A stretch of DNA of 58,970 bases, the filler included, from Sphacelaria rigidula (Eukaryota), in the NCBI GenBank assembly GCA_964200075.2. It is 10 parts of 10 records of this genome, joined end to end, with 100 filler letters (N's around TTAATTAATTAA, not from the genome) between each part and the next. Parts side by side here need not be neighbours in the genome. Positions count along the whole stretch, not along the records: positions 47,258 to 53,064 come from CAXNAA020024316.1; positions 53,165 to 58,970 come from CAXNAA020024317.1; 8 more parts are not named here. One strand, written 5' to 3'. Position numbers and translations under genes: made by a program. Shown here in pieces: positions 50,234 to 58,970 of this stretch. The notes beneath the pieces are model-generated. The model did no database searches. It was not told where the DNA came from and saw nothing but the letters and a program-made list of their open reading frames with translations. How positions within the stretch are numbered: the first letter of the stretch is position 1; every line of letters begins with the position of its first letter.

Positions 50234-50731
50234 CTTGGATTTTTTCGCCAGAGGTTCGAGAGTTAAGATCTAAGACGACTTTGGAAAAAGGAGCTAGCTT
50301 GTCGGCCATCCTAAGGGCGTCATCGATGGTGTTTTTGTTTTCTCTGCTACGGAGACTGAAGAAAACTGGATCTTGAGTTCGAAAGTTCCCTCAGATGGAC
50401 CCAGTAGACTTTGCATGACGTGGCCAACGAATTCCATGGTTAACATGAGTAATTTGTTGAATCGGCTCCAATTTCACTTGAAAAAGGTATGCATGACCAG
50501 ATGGACTCGTAACCTCGCGGCCAACCGATCAAAAGAAATGAATCGGTCGATTATTGTAGAAACTCAATATTAATACTTTTTTTAACCATTCGACCAAGCG
50601 AACGAGGATATATGTTGGCTTCTTTTCTTCCTATCGCGAAGAGTGAGGCAAAACATCACAACCTAATGGTATATGGCGCCATCCGTTCGAACAAGAATGT
50701 TACATCATAAGCGACACGGGGTTGGCCACCG

Positions 50732-51080
50732 GCGAGCTAGGCATATGACGTAAGTGAGCCACGACCATGTGTCCCTGGGGTGGGCTACCGGGTGAGCTAC
50801 AAAAGCTGCGTGAGCTACTCATGTTTGCCTTGGGCGAGCTATCGAGCGTAGCTCATCCGCATATGTTTTCCTTGGGTGAGCTGTGAGAGCTACATGAGCT
50901 GCACATGTTTGCCCTGGGTGAGCTACCAACCCGTAGCTCATCAGCTCATATTAGCCGTGGGTGAGCTGGGAACTCGTAGCTCATCAGCGCACGTTTACCT
51001 TGTGTCGAGCTATCGGGCGTAGCTCACATGTACATGTTTGACTACAAGTGAGCTACCACCCGCAGATGAGCTAGCTCATG
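50732..51080. repeat. ~44-bp degenerate tandem array rich in GAGCTA/TAGCTC
   Basis: About 7 units of CATGTTTGCCyTGGGTGAGCTA-N-CGTAGCTCA. Confidence 0.85.
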
Positions 51081-52566
51081 ACCTGTCCTACGTGTGGAAC
51101 GTTTGATCCCAAAGTTTGGGAATCGGGAGATACTAGGCATCCCTTCTACATTCCGAAAAAGATCATATCTGCGCTCATCATTGTCGAGCGACGTACAGGC
51201 TGACCGTTTTTGAGGGGGGTCCTGAGACTACCCAGCCCCAGGTTCTGACCCTACAGCTTTTTTGCTGGATTGAAGCAATCCCAATCGTTTTCGTGTATAA
51301 ATTAAAAACTTTTGATTTTTTCCAACCTACTTATTGCGCTATTAATAGAGCAAAAAAACTGTGTTTTTTGGGCCAGTGGCGATCGATAATACCCCCTGAT
51401 GCACAAGGTACTTCCTCCGTGTCACCCCGACAACACCAATTGAGGATTGTGTTCTTGACACGACCTGCTCATCTTCCCAATGTCTATCGACGCTAGGACT
51501 TTTGACCGCCAAGGACGGGTACTATACGAGAAAAATCATAATAGTACCCCAAAATGAAAATTGCCCAACCGAGCTCTGCAGCACGGGCGGGGGTGAACCA
51601 ATTCCGATCACTCGAATGAATGATTTGACCGACCCTTGTTATTATTGTTTTTACCTATTCACTGCGCTAGAGCCGAAAAAAAACGTATTTTGGACCAAAA
51701 ACGGTCAATAACACCCCCTGTTAATTCAGCTCGGGAGTCGTTCAATTTTGAGCGCAGAGACGATCTTTGTTTCGAAGTGTTGAGGGGATGCCCTGTATCT
51801 CCCGACTCCCAAACGTTGGGATCAACCGCTTGCTGGGGTGGGCGGGTGGCACGCGAAAAAAAAACATCAAAGATCTCCGGCTACGAAAACATTACAAAAA
51901 TATCCTACTTCATATGGAAACTACTATATCAGATTTTCGAGTGAAGGAAGATATCGATTCCACGGATGGTCTACCCTGGCGGTGAAGGGGTTGACACTTT
52001 GCAGTTACTTCTGTTTTATTACTCTTTTTAGTTTGACGTTCTCTGCTGCGCTAAACATTGATCGACACTCCTGGTGACGAACTGAAGATATACCCTTCAA
52101 GTCCCATGAGCTGGGATGTTCGACCGTGTCCGATTGTGGAGACGTTTTTTCTTCTATGGTTTTCTTTGGCGTGTTTTGGGTTGAAACTCTTGTTGTTGCT
52201 TTTCCCATCGTCATCGTTTCTACCATGCGGCCGAAAGGTCGAGGGAAAAAAAGTACGCCTGAAAATAGCGATATTTCTTGATTCTCGGGAAAATGAAGAA
52301 TCCTCGAATATTCCCCAAATGGGTCATTCTTGACTCGAATTTTGAACCAAATATACATCCGTCGTTTTTTTCTTTTTTCTTGGGCTTGCCTTCCCTTACG
52401 TCGCGTTTTGTCTCTCCAACGATACCAACTTTAGTGTCGTACGTACACGCGCGCCGTTGGGGTTAACGCTCCCTGTACCACTTTTCTTCTTGTTGCTACT
52501 GTACTGCATTCTTTTTTTTCCCGCGCTTACTGCTGTACTGCACACAACGCCGACTTCTTTTATCTT

Positions 52567-52602
<36 letters not shown>
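52567..52602. repeat. (ATG)12 microsatellite
   Basis: Read directly from the sequence. It explains the poly-Met ORF. Confidence 0.97.
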
Positions 52603-52616
52603 TTGATGATCGACAG

Positions 52617-52794
52617 GCCCGAGGTCACCAGCTTGCGTTCAGGTTCGCAGGCTCCACAGCGGACAGCGTACAGTTCAGCCAGTTTGGTGAACGCCAATTC
52701 GACAACCTACTGCTATTCGCGCCGTCCCTCAATGGATCTAAAAACAGCGAGGGGGTGGTCGTTGCTGACGTCATGGAGTTCATCGAAGACGGGG
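52617..52794 (+). CDS. DDOST: Oligosaccharyltransferase 48-kDa subunit (OST48/WBP1), internal exon
   Basis: CAG|...|GTACGT. ARGHQLAFRFAGSTADSVQFSQFGERQFDNLLLFAPS...VADVMEFIEDG matches the OST48 N-terminal pattern RG.L.F...GE..YDNL..F.PS...FID.GG. Confidence 0.88.
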
Positions 52795-53399
52795 GTACGT
52801 TTATGTTGAGCCTTTTTCCCTATTAGTAATAGATACACTACAGAACCACGTGGTTGATAAGAACTTTACCGGAGGTTCATCACTTGATTTGAGTGTGAAC
52901 ATCCACATTCGGGTCTTTAGCGGAGCTGACAGTCCCGTGTGGCAGTCCCTTGTGCTCCCAGCGTGTACAGAACGCGTTTTCGTTCAAATCTTCGCCTGCG
53001 GCTGGGGCGCCCTTTGCGCCCCCCCCCCCCCCCCCCTGCGGCGGACTCCCGCCGGCGATGGTCANNNNNNNNNNNNNNNNNNNNNNNNNNNNNNNNNNNN
53101 NNNNNNNNTTAATTAATTAANNNNNNNNNNNNNNNNNNNNNNNNNNNNNNNNNNNNNNNNNNNNAACGAAAAAGGTTGAAAAAGGGGAAAGAGGACAGAA
53201 CAGTTTGAGGACAATGGTCTTGTGAATTTTGCATGCATGATCATGAAAACCCCCCCCCCCCCCCCCTTAAACATCAGGGAGAATGACGGTTTCGGTCAGC
53301 GCTGTAAGCTCACACAGTCGGTAAAGTACGCTGAAACAAATCTACGCAATCGAGGGGCATTGGGGTATTAGCCCTACAAAAAATCTCTGAGCACCATCG

Positions 53400-53700
53400 C
53401 TGTACGTGTGGGAAAACATCGTTTTAGGCTTGAACCTCATATTTGTGTATAACCTCATTTCATAGAATTGTCTGTTGATTTCCCGTGGCACTCTCTCCTG
53501 GACTCTGTGGCATTACTGTTGTATTTCTCTTCCAGGGCCGGCCACGCCACTTGCCCGTTGCCGACGCCATCCTCGTCTGTCTTGCTCATGTGTCTTGTGC
53601 GGTGTCGTGCGCGGAGAGGTCTGCTCTGAGAAACTAAATACTGAGTAAATATTGATTCGCTGGGTCCCATTTCGTCAGGGTTACCGTATCACGAGGCGGT
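53400..53700 (-). mobile_element. Copia gag fragment
   Basis: GNGQVAWPALEEKYNSNATESRRECHGK resembles the Copia gag (UBN2-like) AWxxLxxKY motif. Confidence 0.65.
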
Positions 53701-54219
53701 GTATCGTTGCCGGTAAGAATAGTCTGCGGTCTCGGTTAGCCTTGCAGCGTATCGGCGACCTCCTTCTGATGAAGTGGCAGTATAACCCGAAGTTTGTCTT
53801 AATGCTCCCTGAATCTGGCTTTGTCTCTACCGTCAAATATCGGACAAAGCTGCAGCACCCCTTGGATGCCGTTGCCGTTACGCGCCATCGCAAATTAAGT
53901 CGTTCTTAAGCATAGATCCCTTAGTGATCCAAAGCTACTACTTCAGATTCTGAAGTTCTTCCCAGAGCCCGTTTTCTCCGTGTACGCCAAGCGAAAAATC
54001 GAGGCTCAATAAACCTGTTAGATGTCGGAGAAGGTATCGGCGCTACATTGCTCTCTAGGGCACCATTCTACTTGCCCCTTGATCACACACAAAACATCAT
54101 GTTACCAAGCGTGGACCAAATCCAAAGCTCCATTTCCTAACAAGGAGCATCACCGTTCGTTTGCGGCAGGGCAAAACGGTGGGTACCACCCCCGGAGAAG
54201 ACTACGTCCCTATCCCTGA

Positions 54220-55220
54220 AAACGTCATGGGTCCAACCTCCATATAATATCTCACCAATGCAGTGGGTATATTTTCTATGTAGTCGTCCGTGTCGTACAC
54301 TCTCAACGGAGGATCCTGAAAACTAAAGTTGAATACTCAAATGGGTTTCAAGTGGCCTTAAATAAGTGAGAGATTTGCGAAACGGTATTGCCAAAGGAAC
54401 GCATTAGCGCAAAAAACGTTTCTGTTGCAGTTAAGTAGGGGTGGCTAGGTGCACTCAATGAATGTGGTGTACACGCATGTCGATGACGATACCACCGGAG
54501 GAGCAACGGCGGAGAGGAAGCTCCTCGCCCATGTCCTTTGTGTGTCCTCGTTCGGCGATTCCCAATCGCTGGAGAGATTGGCATCATGTCACCAGCATAT
54601 ACCCAGTTTTGCATGTGCAGGCAGGCGGGCTATTGTTTCACAGACCCCCAAAGAAGATCAGGGTGCTGAGGGTAATCGTCTCTTGTCTAGCGCTGATGAG
54701 TGCAAATATCGATTTCTCGCTGTCTCTCCTTTTGAACAGAGCGTGCCTCTGCGCGCTGCAGAACGCGTCGTCGAAAAGCAGGGCGATGTGCCCGTCAACG
54801 CTATACTGTTCTCATGCACACATGCGCGCCAGGACGGTTGTGCCAAGATACAATCGCATGGTGGGGGGTGTTATTGTCATCGTTGCCTCTACCCCATCTT
54901 TTCCGCAAGGACAAAAGTCTGCCACATCCCGATTGGGGGGATGTATGAGAGATCAAACATTCGTGGAGACCATCTTGGCGTGCGGAGTGAAAAAAAGTTA
55001 CCTCGGCGGTTACTTGACTGTTCCTGACGTGACCTATATGGGGGCTGCCATGCTGTAACCTATGAGCTTTTCTGATGTGCAACCAGTCGCGTGCTCAGCG
55101 GTGTGTGTTTGTGCGCGTGTCCCCCCCCCCCCGAGAGTTTCCATATATATGAGGAGGTAGGTCATCACAGCTGAGGCGAGGGCGTTCTATGGTTAACCAT
55201 TCGTCGTTGCATTTGTGTGC
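54220..55220 (+). pseudogene. Unassigned multicopy coding family, copy 3
   Basis: DNA homology to ~9400-10445. Peptides VYTHVDDD..ERKLLAHVLCVSSFGDSQSLERLASC, ECKYRFLAVSPFEQ and GGCMRDQTFVETILACGVKK. Confidence 0.75.
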
Positions 55221-55839
55221 CATGGTATTCGAAAGAAGACTGGCCTCGAGGAGATCAGTAACCTCTCGGACACACATGACTCGGAGACCAGCAACATTCG
55301 GATATGAATCTTCGATTGGGCCGTTGAGGGATTACAGTTTGATGCAAGGAAAACGTGACTCGTGGTACTCAACCGGAAGAGCTGTACTGGTGTGATAAAC
55401 TCCAATAGAAAAAGAAAAGAGGCGACCAAACATCGTGTAGTGCTACAAATTACTTGCGATGACAGCACTTGTCAATCGGTGGTAGTCCCATTCGGAGACA
55501 GTGTTGCTACTGCAGTACTCGGGTACTGTAGTGCGGAATAACTCGAATTTAACGTAAATTACTACGGCCATCCACCATGGGGTACATGTTAGCCCAGGTG
55601 TCCACAGGGCGTCGGGTCCCTTTTCATCTTAGTATCATTATTCCACTGTGGATCATGACCACAGGGAACACGCGCTTTCCGTTGCTCCACGGGTTGGAGG
55701 TGGATCCCCCGTGGCGATCCGGTCGGTAAGCCAAGAGCTGACGCCGTCACGTACTACTCTCGAGAACCTCCCAACAGCGCCAGGTCATGACGGTACGTCT
55801 CAGGCATAGGATGTGCCTCTACCGCCCTCTGTCCCCCCG

Positions 55840-56400
55840 TTGTCCCCTGAGCCAGCACCAACAAAGAGGTCAAGGCGGAACGTGCTGAGCCGCAAGTCCA
55901 CCCTACCTGCTGTCGGTTCGTTGCCCTACTCCCGTGCGAATCCACCACTGGCGACCTCACAGCACCGCAGACTCAGGCATGCAACAGACGACTCATCCCT
56001 TATTTTATTTTATTTTTCCACTTTGGCCCCTGGCAAAGCTTCTGCCGGTACATACGGCAAGATTGTACCCATTCACGATACGTGCGTTGATATTTTCGAT
56101 ATAGTCTTGCGATGATGACTTCAACCGGACCACCCCCATACAGCATTGTTGCTCCCTGAGTCAGCACCAACACGAGAGGTGAAGGCGGAACATTTGTTGA
56201 GCCATGGTTCACCCTCCCTGATGTCGATTTGTTGTCGCGTTCACGTGTGGATCCGCCACTGGCGACCTCACAGCATTACAGCTTCAGGCAGGTAACTGAC
56301 GACTCGTCCCCTATGTCCCCAATTTTAGCTCCCGACAACGTGTCTTCCGATAAATACGTGCAGACCATGTCTATTTCCAATGCATGTATTGATGTTCCGG
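55840..56400. repeat. ~310-bp diverged tandem duplication
   Basis: CCCTGAG.CAGCACCAACA.AGAGGT.AAGGCGGAAC and CCACTGGCGACCTCACAGCA each occur twice (units start at ~55845 and ~56154). Confidence 0.88.
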
Positions 56401-56849
56401 ACGTGAGTTCCGCTGATGCAGTCACCGGAACCACGTCCCATGACGACAAACCGTCGCCCCTTATGTCCACTACTGTAGGTTGTTTGGCAGACACAGCGCC
56501 GTGCAGGGTTGAAATTTCTGCCGACCCCACACATGGGACATCCACTACCGAGCCGACAGTGCATGCCCCCCCTGCCGGCATCACATCCAGCCCCGTCTTC
56601 CACTACTATCGCCACCGCGAGCAGTCACACCCCACAGCGGTTTACGAAATACGTAGCCCTGACGCCTCAGCAACTGAGAACACTCAGGATCAGTGCCCAC
56701 ATCCTCAGGCCCCACAAGACCACCCCAGAAGACATCTCAATGCTATAGTTTAGGAGGTACAGCGAACACATATCAATTGGTTGCTAGAGCTTGGCCCGGA
56801 TCTTGCGCGTAGCGTTGTAACCTTGGACGAAGCGCCTTTCACAACGACT

Positions 56850-57950
56850 TTTGTAGTGGGTCTTGTGCAAGCCGTCAGCTTATGGCGCTAGCATTACCGG
56901 ACTCGGGCTCCCCTCAGACCTTCATCACCGCCAGTTGCTGGCAGGACATGCTCCGCACCGGCGCGGCCGATGACAAATGTTTGCTCGCTGTCCTCTCCCG
57001 CACCTTCGGCGGCTTCGGGTCAGGTTATACTTTGAGTTACCACCCAAACTGTGCGATTGAGTGTTCGGTTCTTCGACGATACGCACCCTACGGCACGACT
57101 TATTGTTTGGGCTTTGTTTCTTCCACACAATGCTATGGCGTTCGATGTTTTGCTGGTCAAAACGAGCTGCTTGCGATTTTCGACACATATACATCACTAG
57201 ACCACTGTCACCGCATTCAACCACGAAGGACAAACTACAGCTGACCCACCTCGACGACCAACCCGGTGCCGAGGTTTTCACGCCTGCCCCGTCTGGAACG
57301 CAGACCGCTTTCAAGTTTTATGTTGGAGAGACAGTCGCGTCAATTTCGCATGAATCCCAACCCTCGATGGTGAATTCGGCACGGTGCAATAGTAATGGTC
57401 TGCAGGCCCTCACAGGACAGTACTTCGTAGACTCACTTCCCCGCGACGGTTCGAGAGGTTGCATGTTTGGACAGGAAGATGTATTTGTGAAGGGTGGGCG
57501 TCAGACTTTGTTTCTGGCGTCTCCGGAGTGCATTGATCAAATACCCAAGCCGTCGTTTGGATATGCTTCGGCTCCGTTTCTATGTACACCTCGATTGAGG
57601 CACAAACCGAAATTCCGTAAAAACTGCTGGATCGCTTACGGCCTGAGCAACGGGCAAGTCTTTTTTGCGACTACGGAATGATCGTCCACCACACTTCTGT
57701 CACATCACCTCCAATCTCGACGGTGACGACTGGACTGTAGCGGTCATTGACAAACTTCGAGATGTTCTGATTCCCTATGCCGCGCGATTTTCCACCTCAC
57801 CTCTGGACTTGGGTCGATGCACGACGGCTCCGTTTACGATCAACGTGCCAAAAGGAACGCCTCCCATCGCCACACGCCCGTATCGCACGAACCCGCTGCT
57901 CGCTGATGAATGTCAAGTAATCATAGATACCTAGTGGCGAGGATTGTTCG
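56850..57950 (+). mobile_element. Gypsy protease to RT N-terminus fragment
   Basis: ALPDSGSPQTFI (aspartic protease), FGGFG and FSTSPLDLGRC..F.I.VPKGTPPIATRPYRTNP. Confidence 0.85.
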
Positions 57951-58199
57951 AGTTCCTCTCCACCGAAACGTCGGGTTTGCGCATGAGTGGGCTGACACCT
58001 TCTGCCCCGAAAAAGGCGCTAGGTGGCTTGCTCCCTCGATCTTTTCCTTTGGGTTTTGGGAATGTTAATTCCAATTTCGCAAAGTGAAGTTGGTTTGTGC
58101 TGCTGGTAATAATTCGACTAAGAGGTTTTTTGCGACTCCGTTTTTGCGTCGGGATTCTTGCGTCGGATTCTTGCGATAGTTGTTTTGCTAGATTTTCCC

Positions 58200-58900
58200 A
58201 GTCTAAAACCCTTATCGATTTCGAGTTTTTGGGGATAACGTCGTCGAATGGACACCAAACGCATCCTGCTCCAAGGGGCACCTGGACACACAGCAGTTGC
58301 CGCTGCCCACCTAGTATGATCCTCCAAATCGAAGTCTTGAGTGAGAGTCCCCAGGGTTTGGTGCCCATGTATAAGGAAGGGTGATCTTCATCTAGTATTG
58401 TGCCCCAAAACGTACCTGACAAGGGGGCAACATCCCCGTACAGAGTGTAGAAATGCTAGCGGACCCTACGTCCTGACAGTCTCTGTGACAGTCTGGCAGC
58501 AGGCAAGGTGGTTATGGTAGTGTCCTTCTAGCGATGTCAACTTACAGTGCACTGGAGCAGAGCTTGCAGGTGAATATTTCGGCGATTGCGCCTCACCAGC
58601 ACTTCGCCCAGATGTTGTGGAGATTTTCTCGATATCACCGAGTAACATTATTACATACATGTACAGGTGGAAACCTACCAGACCCTCCGTCACATTATAC
58701 GTTGAGATGGTACCAGACTCTGCATTGTATATAACAGCAAATTGTGAGAATTGAGGTTTAACTCTGAAATGAGGCTCAAGTGGGCAACCCAACTTGCGAA
58801 CTTTTTGTAGCAGAAGTACCGAGGGCAAGCTCTTATTCGGATCAAGTAACCTGTGGAGGTGAACCCGTGATGCGTCGTTTTCAGTATGTCCAAATATAGA
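58200..58900 (-). pseudogene. Possible divergent member of the unassigned coding family
   Basis: Anchors CYKKF..CPLE vs CKDRF..SPxE and YGDVAPLSGTFWG vs YGRDPTISGVAHG. A WS..GC-like site lies ~178 nt after the YG, as in copies 1 and 2. Confidence 0.35.
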
Positions 58901-58970
58901 TATAAGTTAGTAGCGTGGGCACTCTAGTTCCTCTACACCACAGGGAAATAGGTGACAGCGCAGAGATTAC

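Noticed and set aside
50732..51080. CRISPR-like palindromic repeats
   Set aside because: There are no unique spacer-length inserts. It is a degenerate tandem array.
51497..51990. Another piggyBac-like element (TTGACCGCCAAGG ... CCCTGGCGGTGAAGGG)
   Set aside because: The TIR match is short and neither flank is TTAA, so support is insufficient.
52567..52809. Poly-Met ORF
   Set aside because: It is a microsatellite artefact. The real coding exon is in another frame (DDOST).
5853..53120. TTAATTAATTAA recurring every 5907 bp as a biological periodic signal
   Set aside because: It is always centred in N44 padding, so it is a six-frame-stop assembly linker.

Overview
This window is eukaryotic DNA, most consistent with a brown alga (Phaeophyceae). 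That assignment is inferred from the long-intron gene structure and the style of the Copia/Gypsy/LINE proteins; it was not checked by search. It is not one locus. Nine identical 100-bp linkers (N44-TTAATTAATTAA-N44) join ten length-sorted contigs of 5808, 8x5807 and 5806 bp, so adjacency across linkers has no biological meaning. Host genes appear only as exons: a four-exon coiled-coil protein fragment (18784-23380), two exons of a USP deubiquitinase (35690-37686) and one DDOST/OST48 exon (52617-52794). The rest is mostly decayed mobile DNA: a hAT transposase pseudogene, a near-complete Gypsy, a Copia, LINE fragments, a tRNA-like SINE head, a Ulp1/C48-like remnant, several MITE families (TA and TTAA target sites), hairpins and minisatellites. 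The best candidate for something undescribed is an apparently intronless ~1.3-kb coding family that I cannot assign. It has three copies alignable at DNA level and about three more matched only by colinear peptide anchors, across unrelated contigs. A second candidate is a LINE whose ORF stops a few bases before C-rich sequence instead of poly(A). No CRISPR, rRNA or intact tRNA was found. All alignments were made by eye.
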